The position numbers and the translations under genes were made by a program. A stretch of DNA of 64,000 bases from a virus: the IMG/VR virus record IMGVR_UViG_3300035698_007355, positions 1 to 64,000 of that record, one strand, 5' to 3'. Below are positions 40,799-51,575 of the stretch, in pieces (the stretch's first letter is position 1; each line of letters begins with the position of its first letter). Below the pieces are notes generated by a model that saw nothing but the letters and a program-made list of their open reading frames with translations, was not told the DNA's origin and did no database searches.

Positions 40799-41560
40799 AT
40801 GAAAAATATTATTATAGTTGGGTATGGGGAAGTAGGAAAAGCAATTTATAAAACAGAGAATAATATTGAGAGTAATATTAAAGTTTTTGATACTGATGGA
40901 ATAATACCAAGTTCAACATTAGATGAAAAGAGAGGAATAGATATAATGCATATATGTATACCATATTCTAATAAATTCACATCTATTGTAACAACATATG
41001 CTAAAGAATATAGCCCAACACTTATAATTATTAATTCAACTGTTAAAGTTGGAACAACACGAAAAATAAGAGAAGCTATTGATAAAGACCATGTGAAATT
41101 TATTGTGCATAGTCCAATTAGAGGAGTACATCCTAATTTACATGCTGGAGTAATGGTATTTATAAAATATGTTGGTGGGGATGAAGAATCTACAAAAATG
41201 GCATTAGGACATTTTAAAACATTAAACGTAGAAGCTAAGATGTTAGGAAATTATGAAACAACAGAGTTAGCAAAGATTATGTCAACTTCATATTATGGTT
41301 GGAATATATTATTTGCGAAAGAATGTAAAATAATGTGTAATCATTATGGTGTAGATTATGATAAAGTATATATAGAACCTAATAATACATATAACGACGG
41401 GTATAAGAAGCTGGGAATGAAAAATGTGGTGAGACCTGTACTAACTCCCCCAGAAGGAAAGATTGGGGGACATTGTATAGGACCTAATTATGAAATGTTA
41501 CCAAATGCTAACAACACATCAAGTTTGAGAAAAATATATAGAGAGTTAGATGAAAAATGA
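40799..41560 (+). CDS. UDP-glucose/GDP-mannose dehydrogenase family protein, short form lacking the C-terminal domain
   Basis: IVGYGEVG Rossmann motif, INSTVKVGTT, ELAKIMST, IGGHCI. Confidence 0.85.
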   Translation: MKNIIIVGYGEVGKAIYKTENNIESNIKVFDTDGIIPSSTLDEKRGIDIMHICIPYSNKFTSIVTTYAKEYSPTLIIINSTVKVGTTRKIREAIDKDHVKFIVHSPIRGVHPNLHAGVMVFIKYVGGDEESTKMALGHFKTLNVEAKMLGNYETTELAKIMSTSYYGWNILFAKECKIMCNHYGVDYDKVYIEPNNTYNDGYKKLGMKNVVRPVLTPPEGKIGGHCIGPNYEMLPNANNTSSLRKIYRELDEK

Positions 41561-41796
41561 GTAATATGATACCAAAGTGGATTACAGAAGATTTAATAAG
41601 ATATACTTTTGTAAAAGATGCTAGAATTAAAGGAACATATTTATACATAGATTATATTGTTGATGGGGATATTAAAACAAAGAAAATTGCTAGAAGAACA
41701 ACACTTGGGTTGTTACAAAAGATTTTAGCAGATATGAAAGAAAAAGTAGGTGAGAAGAATGAAGAAGTATACAGAGGAAATTACTACGTCATCTAA
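41557..41796 (+). CDS. Hypothetical protein
   Basis: Translationally coupled ORF. Confidence 0.5.
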   Translation: MSNMIPKWITEDLIRYTFVKDARIKGTYLYIDYIVDGDIKTKKIARRTTLGLLQKILADMKEKVGEKNEEVYRGNYYVI

Positions 41797-42016
41797 GGAC
41801 GTTAAACTAATACATTGTAAGGTTATTGGCGGGACACAGGCAGACATTTATGAAATAGGAAATGCAATGAGTAAATTTAAAAATAGTTTACCATTTAGAC
41901 TAGAAGCAATCGTGACTAACGACACAGTAACATTACAAGATGTTGATACGCTTATAAAAGAACTATACAAGCTTAAAAAATCAATAGATATCGATAAAAG
42001 GCTAGGAAAGGAGTGA
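41759..42016 (+). CDS. Hypothetical protein
   Basis: ORF with GGTGA RBS. Confidence 0.5.
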   Translation: MKKYTEEITTSSKDVKLIHCKVIGGTQADIYEIGNAMSKFKNSLPFRLEAIVTNDTVTLQDVDTLIKELYKLKKSIDIDKRLGKE

Positions 42017-42432
42017 GAAAAATGAATAAAGAAAGTTGTCCAATTTGTGAACATACAATTTGTGAAGAATTTGTAGTAGATTTAATGATTTGTTCTAATT
42101 GTAGTCACGTATTTAAGAAAAAAACAGAATTAGAAAAGGATAAAAAAGAAGTAGGTCTTCACTTATATAATAATCCTATTGATACTGTTAGGGAAATTAC
42201 AGATAAAATGGAAGATTCACAAGTTATAGAATTTAATTTTCCTAGTATGAACTTTTATGCTTTGGACTTACATCCAACAGATTTTTATAAGTCAAGTATT
42301 AATCATTACTTTAATCAAATGAGTCTTATGATATTACTACGAAGATGTAGATTAAAACCAATTAAACAAGAAAATAAATGGAATAAAGACGAGACAATGT
42401 GTATAACAAATATTATTTGTCGGAGGATATAG
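42013..42432 (+). CDS. Zn-ribbon protein resembling a reduced sugar methyltransferase
   Basis: CPIC...CSNCSHVF; HYFNQMSLMILLRRC; no SAM-binding motif. Confidence 0.45.
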   Translation: MRKMNKESCPICEHTICEEFVVDLMICSNCSHVFKKKTELEKDKKEVGLHLYNNPIDTVREITDKMEDSQVIEFNFPSMNFYALDLHPTDFYKSSINHYFNQMSLMILLRRCRLKPIKQENKWNKDETMCITNIICRRI

Positions 42433-42433
42433 A

Positions 42434-44497
42434 ATGGAGAATGTTATAATTACTGGTGTGGGTCAAGATGGTTATTATTTAAGTATTAAATTACTTGAGA
42501 AAGGTTATAAAGTTATTGGTATTGACCAATGGCAACATAAAGGTTATAATGATAACTACAAAGAATTAATGGAACATAAGAATTTCAAATTAATAGAAGG
42601 AAGTATTACTGATAGATATTTAATGAAACGAATTATAAAAGAATATCAACCTAAATATTTTTTTAATACAGCAGCTATTAGTCATGTAGCAGTATCATTT
42701 GATATTCCAGAATTAACTTTCGATACAAATACTATAGCACCTTTAAACATATTAGAAGAATTGAGACATAATAGTCCTCATACTAGTTTTCTTCAATGTT
42801 CTACAAGTGAACAATATGGAGATTTTGAAGAAACTCCTCAATCAGAAGAAACTAAAATGATGCCTAATAGTCCTTATGCGATTGCTAAAGCAGCTACTTT
42901 CTTTATGGTTAAACTTTATAGAAAATATGGATTAAAAACATATAATACAATATGCTTTAATCACGAATCAATACCAAAAGAATCATCTATAACATTAAAA
43001 CATAATAATAGATTACAAATAATACCAATTTGTGATTTATTTTATAAGCGCGGAGATAGATTTAGAGGATTTAATAAAAAATATATTGGGTCACAAGTAT
43101 GGGACGGTGATAAATGGACTAAAATAATTGATGGTACTTGTTATCAAAAGAAAAATAAACCTATGAAACTTATTCAAACCAGAGATGCTTGTTATGAGTC
43201 TACACTTGAACATAAAACATTTTTAAATGATAATTCAGAAATAAATACTGAAGATGTTAAAAAAGGCGATGTGGTATATGAAACATTTGACCCAATTATA
43301 AAAGAATATGAAACTATAGATAAAGATTTAGCATACGCTATTGGATTTATAGTAGGCGATGGATATGTTTCTAAATCTGGTTATATAAGATTAACTGGAT
43401 GTGATAAAAAAGAAATAACAAAAATTGCGAATATTATCAAAAATAAATTTGGATGGTCTTATAGAACTTATAATTCCGGACCAGGAAATTGGGAAAATTG
43501 TGTAAATGATGTATATCAAATCGATTTTAATAATGATGTAAATTTTGGATTATGGTTACGAAATTCAATATATTCAAAAAATACAAATAAAAAAATTGTT
43601 CCAGAATACATATTAAATGGAAATACCGATATTAAGTTAGGATTTTTTAAAGGGTATTATTTAGCAGATGGAAGAAAAACTGGTAATGAAACATATGAAT
43701 TTAAAGGATTTACTACAAATTCTCAAGCCCTATGTATGGGGTTAAATCACATTTGTAAATTAGTATTAAATCAAATACCAAAAACTAAATGTGTTATAAA
43801 AGGAGATAAAAGATATTATTATACACAATTAAGAAATACTAATACAAACCTAGGGAAAGGCGCTATTAAAAAACTAAATGAAGTAATATCTATAAAAAAT
43901 ACTAAAAATCCAGATAATTGGTTTTTTGATATTCAAACAGAATCAAAAGCATTTGTAACTGGACCAAATACTTTTAAAGTTCATAACAGTGAAATTAGAC
44001 CTGATAATTTTGTTACAAGAAAAATTACAAAGACTCTAGCTGAAATGATGGTTGGTAAAGCAGATAAACTAACTTTAGGAAATATGGATGCAAAAAGAGA
44101 TTGGGGATATGCTCCAGACTTTATCGATGGTATGATTACTATTATGGAGTCAGACGAGCCAGATGATTACGTTTTAGCTACAGGCGAGACACATACTGTT
44201 AGAGAATTTGTAGAAGCAGCTATTAAAGCACTTGGTCTAGATATTGTTTGGGAAGGAACTGGCGTTAATGAGAAGGGCTCGATTTTAGCAAGAGACCAAA
44301 ACGGAAATCCTATAATAATCAAGAAAGATGCAGTAGTTGTAAACAAAGATTTTTATAGACCAGCAGAAGTAAATGTCTTATTAGGAGACCCTACTAAGAT
44401 AAAAGAAAAATTAGGTTGGGAACCAACAACTAAATTTACAGAACTAGTTGCTAAAATGGTTAAGAATGACTTATTATTATGTGAGGAACAAAAATGA
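42434..44497 (+). CDS. gmd: GDP-mannose 4,6-dehydratase with intein
   Basis: ITGVGQDGYYL, AAISHVAVSF, STSEQYG, SPYAIAK, FNHE|S..FVTRKI, LGNMDAKRDWG, FYRPAEV. Confidence 0.93.
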   Translation: MENVIITGVGQDGYYLSIKLLEKGYKVIGIDQWQHKGYNDNYKELMEHKNFKLIEGSITDRYLMKRIIKEYQPKYFFNTAAISHVAVSFDIPELTFDTNTIAPLNILEELRHNSPHTSFLQCSTSEQYGDFEETPQSEETKMMPNSPYAIAKAATFFMVKLYRKYGLKTYNTICFNHESIPKESSITLKHNNRLQIIPICDLFYKRGDRFRGFNKKYIGSQVWDGDKWTKIIDGTCYQKKNKPMKLIQTRDACYESTLEHKTFLNDNSEINTEDVKKGDVVYETFDPIIKEYETIDKDLAYAIGFIVGDGYVSKSGYIRLTGCDKKEITKIANIIKNKFGWSYRTYNSGPGNWENCVNDVYQIDFNNDVNFGLWLRNSIYSKNTNKKIVPEYILNGNTDIKLGFFKGYYLADGRKTGNETYEFKGFTTNSQALCMGLNHICKLVLNQIPKTKCVIKGDKRYYYTQLRNTNTNLGKGAIKKLNEVISIKNTKNPDNWFFDIQTESKAFVTGPNTFKVHNSEIRPDNFVTRKITKTLAEMMVGKADKLTLGNMDAKRDWGYAPDFIDGMITIMESDEPDDYVLATGETHTVREFVEAAIKALGLDIVWEGTGVNEKGSILARDQNGNPIIIKKDAVVVNKDFYRPAEVNVLLGDPTKIKEKLGWEPTTKFTELVAKMVKNDLLLCEEQK
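42968..43987 (+). mobile_element. Intein (340 aa) with LAGLIDADG endonuclease in Gmd
   Basis: Starts SIPKESSI after FNHE; IGFIVGDG and KGYYLADG motifs; ends FDIQTE...KVHN|S. Confidence 0.9.
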
Positions 44498-45522
44498 ATA
44501 AATTAAAAATTGGATTTGCAGACAACCTCTATGGAACCCCAAAAGGCCATAGTTATGTTGTCAGAGATATGGTTAAAATATTTAAAGATGAAGGACATGA
44601 AACTCATATGTACAGAATAGGAGACAATCCTATAGATGTAGAATTTGATATCCCAGACACTATAAAATCTTTTACAGGTAGAAATTTACCAAAAGATGAA
44701 TTTATAGCTTGGATTAAAGAAAAAAAACTTGATTATTGTGTATTTATGGAATATCAACAATGGTGGAATGAAGATTATGATAAACTTCAAGTATGTAAAG
44801 ACCTTGGAGTTAAAACAGCAGGATTTTTAGTATGGGAAAAACTAGATTGGGATAAATTAGAGCATTATAAATTATATACTAAAATATTATGTCCTACAGG
44901 ATTTCAAACTAGATTATTAAGAGGAAAAGGGCTTATGAACGCAGTACATACTCCTTGGGGAGTATTTAAAGATGAAATAGATAAAGTATTTATGCCTGAA
45001 CGAGAAGATGATAACGTAGTATTTTATCATTGTGCAGGTAGTGGTGGAGTAGAAAATAGAAAAAATACAGATGCTGTAGTAGAAGCATATAATAAAATAA
45101 AAGATGGAAATACAAGATTACAAATGACACACTTAGGTAAAAAAGTATTTAATAGAAAAGAAATAATATCTTTTATGAAATACTCAGATGTATTAATAAA
45201 TACTGCTAAATGGGACACTATAGGATTAAATTCATTAGAAGCTAATATGTGTGGTAGTCCAGCAATAGTAGTTGATATGGACCCCATGAATGAATTGGTT
45301 AAGAATAATACTAATGGATTTACAGTCCCTGGAAAACTAGGAGAAAGTAGAATAGTTACTTGCCCTATTTATAATGTTGACGTTGATGAACTAGCTAAAA
45401 AAATGGAAATATGTAAAAATAAGATAGTTTTAGATACTCTTAAAAGTAGTTCAAGAAAATTTGCAGAAATTAACTTTGATTGGGATATTAATAAAGAATT
45501 TCTTTTAAAACATTTTAAATGA
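44494..45522 (+). CDS. GT4-like glycosyltransferase
   Basis: SDVLINTAKWDTIGLNSLEANMCGSPAIV...PMNELV...NGF. Confidence 0.88.
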   Translation: MNKLKIGFADNLYGTPKGHSYVVRDMVKIFKDEGHETHMYRIGDNPIDVEFDIPDTIKSFTGRNLPKDEFIAWIKEKKLDYCVFMEYQQWWNEDYDKLQVCKDLGVKTAGFLVWEKLDWDKLEHYKLYTKILCPTGFQTRLLRGKGLMNAVHTPWGVFKDEIDKVFMPEREDDNVVFYHCAGSGGVENRKNTDAVVEAYNKIKDGNTRLQMTHLGKKVFNRKEIISFMKYSDVLINTAKWDTIGLNSLEANMCGSPAIVVDMDPMNELVKNNTNGFTVPGKLGESRIVTCPIYNVDVDELAKKMEICKNKIVLDTLKSSSRKFAEINFDWDINKEFLLKHFK

Positions 45523-45531
45523 GGTGTAATA

Positions 45532-45735
45532 ATGAAAAATAGTTGTCCTTTTAAGGACGAATTAATTGAGATAATACAAATGAAGACTGCTCCAATATGT
45601 TTTCATTGTGGTAATCCTTATATTAGGGATTTAATACATTGTGGGGCTTACCATAATACGTGGATGCCTAATTGTAAATGTCTCAGTAAAACAACAATAA
45701 GAATAGTAACTGGAAATGGATTTAGAATCGAATAG
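45532..45735 (+). CDS. Small Cys-rich protein
   Basis: CFHC...CKC; GAGGTG RBS. Confidence 0.5.
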   Translation: MKNSCPFKDELIEIIQMKTAPICFHCGNPYIRDLIHCGAYHNTWMPNCKCLSKTTIRIVTGNGFRIE

Positions 45736-45743
45736 GTGAAAAA

Positions 45744-46823
45744 ATGATAAGAATAGGAGATTTCATTCCTGAGAAGAAACATATAGACGCAGTTCTAGAA
45801 GTTATTAAATCAGGACGTATAACAGAAGGCTCAAAAGTTAAAGAACTAGAGAAAGTTATGGCTAAATACCTAGATGTAAAACACGCAATACTTACAACAA
45901 ATGGAACAGTAGCTTTACAATTAGTAGCAACATATCTAAGACATAGAGACAAAGATAATGTTAATACAGCTATTCCAGCTATGACATTTCCAGCAACTAT
46001 AAATGCATTTGCTGTTGGTGGATTTCCAGTAGCTCTAGTAGATATTAAAGAAGATTTACAAATAGATATTGGTAAAATCACAGATGAAATGAAACCAAAT
46101 ATTGATATTATAGTACCTGTACATCTTATGGGGTATACAGCAGATATGGATAAAATTATGGCTGACGCTGAGAAATATGGTTGGACAGTTGTTGAAGACG
46201 CTTGTGAAGCGTTTGGGTCAGAATATAAAGGTAAAAAAGTAGGAACTATAGGACACTTTGGTTGTTTTAGTTTTTATGTATCACATAACATAACAGCAGG
46301 AGAACTTGGTATGGTTGTAACAAACGATGACGAAGCTGCTAAAATTATGAGAAGTATGAAGAATCACGGAAGAACAGGAGATTCAATGAAATTCCTACAC
46401 GGATATATTGGGTCTAATTATAAAACAACAGAATTCACAGCAGCTATAGGATTAGCTAATATGGAGAATGTTAATGATATTATATCTGAGAGAAAAGCAA
46501 ATTGTCAATACTTTTTAGATAATATCAAGAATGATAATTTAATATTATTTCCAGTACCAGAAGGGTTTAGTCCATTAGGATATCCTATAAAATGCTTAAC
46601 CCCTAAATATAGAACAAAGATTTGTAAAAAATTAAATGATAATAATATTGAAACAAGAGACATCTTTCCTTGTCTAGCTAACCAGGACGCGTATAGAGTG
46701 CATTTTAGAGACTCTAATCTCCCAGTAGCAGATACACTAGAAAAAACTGTTTTCTATATAGGATGTCACCAATTTTTGTCTGAGAGCGATAAGAAGAAAA
46801 TAATAGAGGTATTATCAGAATGA
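45744..46823 (+). CDS. DegT/DnrJ/EryC1/StrS aminotransferase (perosamine synthase-like)
   Basis: NGTVAL, PVHLMG, VEDACEAFGS, FSFYVSHNITAGELGMV, GSNYK. Confidence 0.9.
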   Translation: MIRIGDFIPEKKHIDAVLEVIKSGRITEGSKVKELEKVMAKYLDVKHAILTTNGTVALQLVATYLRHRDKDNVNTAIPAMTFPATINAFAVGGFPVALVDIKEDLQIDIGKITDEMKPNIDIIVPVHLMGYTADMDKIMADAEKYGWTVVEDACEAFGSEYKGKKVGTIGHFGCFSFYVSHNITAGELGMVVTNDDEAAKIMRSMKNHGRTGDSMKFLHGYIGSNYKTTEFTAAIGLANMENVNDIISERKANCQYFLDNIKNDNLILFPVPEGFSPLGYPIKCLTPKYRTKICKKLNDNNIETRDIFPCLANQDAYRVHFRDSNLPVADTLEKTVFYIGCHQFLSESDKKKIIEVLSE

Positions 46824-47896
46824 AATTATTATATATAGCATTAGACTCATTAAATCATTCAATAAGGATTTGTAACGAACTAGTTAAGAAAGGATATGAA
46901 ATAACCTTAGTTGCTATGGATGAAGATTATTATGATAATGAAAATATTCCAATTCCAGATAAAAAAATTAAATTAATTCAAGATACTTTAAAAAACATTG
47001 AAAATCCTGAAACATTTCCATATGATAAAGTTAAAGAAAAATACGATATGATATTTGGGTCAACAATGAGATGTGCTCCAATATGTTCAGTATTAAAAGG
47101 TAAAATGAAAATTCCTTGGTATAATATGGTATTAGATATACCAACTCATTTACTTATGAGATATAAAGCACGTAGAGAATTATGGGAGACAATATATTTA
47201 CCATCATTAGACTATGCAGATAAAATATTACTTAATACTAATATTGCTATGAGTGAATATAAACGAATAACTGGTAATAGAGCTAAACCTTGTGATGTAG
47301 TAACTTATCCAACACACTTACCAAGTAAGTTCTTTATGGAAGGACTTGGAAAAAGAGGTGACTATGTTATATCAGTTGGAAGATTAGTTGCTGAAAAAAA
47401 CTTTATTATTATTCCAATAGCATTATCAATGATTAAAGGAATTAATAAATATGTAGCGATAGGACCTGACAAAGGCCAATTACAAAAAATAAAAGATATG
47501 TGCAAGCAATATGGAGTAGAATTCGAACATTATACAAATGTATCAGGAGAAAAAAAGATGGAACTCATAAGTAAAAGCGCAATGATGATTTATCCACAAC
47601 ATACTGAATATATTGGTGGATTACCACCTTATGAAGGAATGTTTTGTGGAAAACCAGTAATTTGTTCAATGTATAAAATCTTAATAGATTTATATGGACC
47701 AAATGCATTATATTTTACACCAGGGGAAGTTTTAGAGCTTGCAAAGAATATTTCATTTGTTATGAGTTGTAAAGATGAACTTTATGAAAGGTTAGGACAA
47801 AATGCAGCAGAATTTGCTGAAATTGAAGCTGGATACGAGAAATTTGCAGATGGTCTGCATAATTTTTTAGAAAATAAAAAAGAGGAAGAAAAATGA
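46820..47896 (+). CDS. GT4-like glycosyltransferase
   Basis: SVGRLVAEKN; GGLPPYEGMFCGKPVICS. Confidence 0.88.
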   Translation: MKLLYIALDSLNHSIRICNELVKKGYEITLVAMDEDYYDNENIPIPDKKIKLIQDTLKNIENPETFPYDKVKEKYDMIFGSTMRCAPICSVLKGKMKIPWYNMVLDIPTHLLMRYKARRELWETIYLPSLDYADKILLNTNIAMSEYKRITGNRAKPCDVVTYPTHLPSKFFMEGLGKRGDYVISVGRLVAEKNFIIIPIALSMIKGINKYVAIGPDKGQLQKIKDMCKQYGVEFEHYTNVSGEKKMELISKSAMMIYPQHTEYIGGLPPYEGMFCGKPVICSMYKILIDLYGPNALYFTPGEVLELAKNISFVMSCKDELYERLGQNAAEFAEIEAGYEKFADGLHNFLENKKEEEK

Positions 47897-48047
47897 ATAG
47901 TAATACAACAGATATTAAATATACATTTACATATGTACCACCATTCCGTTATTATGAAGAATGTGATTGTGATATATGTCCGTGTTGTGGTAAACGAAGA
48001 CGAAGAAGTCTAGATAAGCCTTGGATAGTAACTTGCGGAGGACAACA

Positions 48048-49049
48048 ATGAGTGATATTTTATTAGCTTGTCCTATGGAGGATGGACAATCAGGAACATT
48101 TATACAAGAAGCTCTATTAGAGTTAGATTATAGAGTAGCAGTATTTGATTGGAGAAAATTCGGAAATACATATGGGCAAGAAGGATTAAATAAAGAATTT
48201 ATAGATGCTCACAAAAAACTTAAACCAGATTTAACAATTATAATTAAGGGTGGCGGGATAGAATCAACTACAATAGATAAAATTAAAAAATTCCATAAAG
48301 GAAAAATTGTTGGATGGATATTTGATGTTACTTTAGGAGGAATTTACATAAAAGATATACCACGATATGTAGATTTTTGTAAATCATTAGATATTTTTTT
48401 CACAATAGACGCAGAAGCAGTTCCAGAGTTAAATAAACTCGGAATTAATTGTAAATGGCTTCCACAAGGGTTTTTTGAACCACTATATAGAGAACAAGTG
48501 TTTAATTATGTTCAAAAAAAGAGATTTGGGTCAGATATAGCATTTATTGGTTCAGTTGGGTCATTTCATCCAGAAAGAGAGAAATTTTTAAAAAGATTAC
48601 ACCAAGAAGGGTTTTATTTCAAAATTTATGGCGAAGTTTTATATCCAGAAGGTAAAGAACCTGATTGGGTAGTAGAACATCATACAGGATTTGCTGTAAA
48701 GAATGATATACACTCAGTTGTAGTTGGGTCAAGTAAAATTATGATAGGATTAGATGGTTGGCCTCATAGAGACAAGTCGTATTCACTTAGACTTTATAAA
48801 ACATTAGGAGCAGGCGGATTTTATTTAATGAATCATACAAAAAATGTTGAAGAAATATTTACACCAGGAGTTCACCTTGATACTTTCAAAGATGAAGATG
48901 AAATGGTTGAAAAAATCATAGAATATTTAAATGATGATGATTTGAGAGAAAAAATAGCAAAGGATGGGCAAGAAGAGGTATTAAAAAATCACACACAGGA
49001 GGTTGTAATGAAAAAACTATTAAAGGGAGTGTTAGAATTAACGGAATAA
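48048..49049 (+). CDS. CgeB-like glycosyltransferase
   Basis: DIAFIGS...ER, SLRLYKTLGAGGFYL, LREKIAKDGQEEVLKNHT. Confidence 0.85.
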   Translation: MSDILLACPMEDGQSGTFIQEALLELDYRVAVFDWRKFGNTYGQEGLNKEFIDAHKKLKPDLTIIIKGGGIESTTIDKIKKFHKGKIVGWIFDVTLGGIYIKDIPRYVDFCKSLDIFFTIDAEAVPELNKLGINCKWLPQGFFEPLYREQVFNYVQKKRFGSDIAFIGSVGSFHPEREKFLKRLHQEGFYFKIYGEVLYPEGKEPDWVVEHHTGFAVKNDIHSVVVGSSKIMIGLDGWPHRDKSYSLRLYKTLGAGGFYLMNHTKNVEEIFTPGVHLDTFKDEDEMVEKIIEYLNDDDLREKIAKDGQEEVLKNHTQEVVMKKLLKGVLELTE

Positions 49050-49050
49050 C

Positions 49051-49065
49051 CGAAACATTTATATA
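49051..49065 (+). promoter_or_regulatory. BRE-TATA promoter of terL, probably leaderless
   Basis: CGAAACATTTATATA about 25 nt before ATG 49090; no RBS. Confidence 0.8.
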
Positions 49066-49089
49066 GTTGATATTACATAACATAATAAT

Positions 49090-50745
49090 ATGCGAACATA
49101 TAAGGAAATGATTAAGGATTACTTAATCTGGTTCAATCAACGACAAAAGGAACAGGGAACACCCGAAGAAAACTTAGATGATTATTTTAGAGAAGAATCA
49201 CAAGAAGCTACAGTAAAAAAAGGTAAAGTTTGGGCAGAAATATTAAGATTGTCTTATTTACCAGAAGAAGGGATATTTTGGTTCACAAAATTCATTTTAG
49301 GAGACTTAATGTATGCAGGATATCCAAATCCAATACGATTTAACCATTTATGGTGGAAATGGACTAAAATAGCCAATTCCGGTGACCATATTTCAATAAA
49401 ATGTTCAAGACAGCATGGAAAATCAACATATTGGACTGTTTTACAATCGATTTATAGGACAAGTATGTTTGAACATTATAATGTACTAATAGAATCAGCT
49501 TCAGAAGACCAAGCAGTAATGCTTATGGGATATATTGTTAATATAATTAATAATAATGAATTCCTGCAAAATAAAAAAGCTAAAAGTGCTAAATGGAGTA
49601 CAACAGAGATTAGTTTTAATGGTGGAAAAATAGTTGGTAAGGGTGTAGGGTCAGAAGTTAGAGGTGGAACTTATGATTATATAGTTGCTGACGATATTTT
49701 ACGTTCAGATAATAAATTAGGTGATGATGACATAGAAAAATTCGTTGGAGAAGAGCTAGAAGCTATGATTTTCGTCCGAAAAGGACAAATGGTGCTTGTA
49801 GGGACTCCAAAATCAGAATCAGACATATTTTCAACGATTGATGAACGAATTTACAATGGGTCATCAGGTTGGAAACAATATACTTATCCAGCAATATTAA
49901 ATTGGGACACTAAAGAAATATTATGTCCTGATAGGTTTACTTGGGACCAATTAATGCGAAAAAGACAAATTATGGGTAATATGAAATTCGATAAAGAATT
50001 TATGTGTCAAACTTATAGCAGTGGGTCACAATTATTTCCTAATGAGTTGCGTAAACTAGCAATGGATAAAGGAAAACAATATAAATTATATTCAAAGGCG
50101 AAGCCTGAAGAAATTAGTAAAATAGCATATTATATTGGGGTAGACGTTGCACGAGCTGGTACAGCTAGCGCAGATTATACAGTAGCAACTGTAATAGCTT
50201 ATAACACAGAAGACCAAACCAAACGAGTTGTATGGTTATGGAGAAAAAAAGGTTTAAAAATAAATGAACAAGTAAGTCAAATAGCTGAAATATCAAAACA
50301 ATTTAATAATCCAGTAATTTTAGTAGAACAGAATAATATTGGACAAGACTTTATAGATGAGATGGTAGATAACTACAATTTAAATGTAGAAGCATTTCTC
50401 ACAACTAAAGGTAGTAAATATGAAGATTTGATTAGATATTTAGTAGCAGCGTTTGAAAATGAGAAAATCATATTACCAACAGGTAACGATTTTAGTAAAG
50501 AAGTCATTAAAGATTTAGATAGGGAATTGGAAAGATTTGTAGTTGAAATCACAAAAGCTGGCAACGAAGTATTTAAAGGGTCAGGACATTCACATGATGA
50601 TATGGTGATAAGTCTTGCATTAGCTAATAGGTGTACTCAAAGTTATGGGTATTCACCATTTTCAAGTTCGTTGTCAACTAAAAAATCATCTGCTTTAGAG
50701 AATTTTGCAGCAACCGGGGATTTAAGAGAAGTACTTAGATTTTAG
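49090..50745 (+). CDS. terL: Terminase large subunit
   Basis: Walker A SRQHGKS, Walker B YIVADD, VGTP, nuclease motifs IGVDVA, ADYT, HDDMVISLALA. Confidence 0.95.
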   Translation: MRTYKEMIKDYLIWFNQRQKEQGTPEENLDDYFREESQEATVKKGKVWAEILRLSYLPEEGIFWFTKFILGDLMYAGYPNPIRFNHLWWKWTKIANSGDHISIKCSRQHGKSTYWTVLQSIYRTSMFEHYNVLIESASEDQAVMLMGYIVNIINNNEFLQNKKAKSAKWSTTEISFNGGKIVGKGVGSEVRGGTYDYIVADDILRSDNKLGDDDIEKFVGEELEAMIFVRKGQMVLVGTPKSESDIFSTIDERIYNGSSGWKQYTYPAILNWDTKEILCPDRFTWDQLMRKRQIMGNMKFDKEFMCQTYSSGSQLFPNELRKLAMDKGKQYKLYSKAKPEEISKIAYYIGVDVARAGTASADYTVATVIAYNTEDQTKRVVWLWRKKGLKINEQVSQIAEISKQFNNPVILVEQNNIGQDFIDEMVDNYNLNVEAFLTTKGSKYEDLIRYLVAAFENEKIILPTGNDFSKEVIKDLDRELERFVVEITKAGNEVFKGSGHSHDDMVISLALANRCTQSYGYSPFSSSLSTKKSSALENFAATGDLREVLRF

Positions 50746-50755
50746 GAGGCAATAA

Positions 50756-51574
50756 ATGGCTAAAAAACAAGAGAAGACATTAATAGAGTTATTAGGAGAA
50801 AATTTAGACAAACGACATGCACGAGAAGTAAATTTAATAAAAGTAGAACTTAAAGATGAAAGACCTATAATAGTACCATTAAGCGATGTGCATTTAGGAA
50901 GTCCTGAATGTAATGAAGAACTATTTATGAATAATATGCAATGGGTATATGAAAATAAAAATACACATTTAATATTGAATGGTGATTTATTAGAAGCAAG
51001 CACAAGAACAAGTGTAGGCGCAGGTGTTTATGAACAAAAGCAACACGCTGGTAGCCAACTAGAAAGAATGTTAGACATCCTTAAACCATTTGCGGATGAA
51101 GGACGAATAATAGGTATAACAAACGGAAACCATGAAGATAGGATATATCAGATGTCTGGTGTGGATATTACTCGTTTAATGGCTAATAACCTGAACGTTC
51201 CATACTTTAAGAATGGTGGATTTTTTAAAATCAAAGTAGGACCACAAAATTATCATATGTATTTCACACATGGAAGTAGTGGCGCAAGTTTACCATACAC
51301 AAAAATTAAGAAAACATTGGATTTAGCAAGATTTATAAATGTAGATTTATATGGTAATGGACATGTACACGATAGTCAAGTACATACACAAGAATATTTC
51401 GGTATAGATAATAGAAGTGGAACAGTAATGAAACAAACAAGATATTTCGTAATAACAGGACATTACCTTAATTGGGAAGGATATGCACAAATGAAAAGTC
51501 TTGTACCAAGTAAACAAGGAACACCTAAAATTAAGTTACACTCAGATGAAAAGATGATTCGTGTAAGTTTATAA
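50756..51574 (+). CDS. Calcineurin-like metallophosphoesterase
   Basis: SDVHLG, NGDL, GNHE, THG, GHVH. Confidence 0.9.
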   Translation: MAKKQEKTLIELLGENLDKRHAREVNLIKVELKDERPIIVPLSDVHLGSPECNEELFMNNMQWVYENKNTHLILNGDLLEASTRTSVGAGVYEQKQHAGSQLERMLDILKPFADEGRIIGITNGNHEDRIYQMSGVDITRLMANNLNVPYFKNGGFFKIKVGPQNYHMYFTHGSSGASLPYTKIKKTLDLARFINVDLYGNGHVHDSQVHTQEYFGIDNRSGTVMKQTRYFVITGHYLNWEGYAQMKSLVPSKQGTPKIKLHSDEKMIRVSL

Positions 51575-51575
51575 G

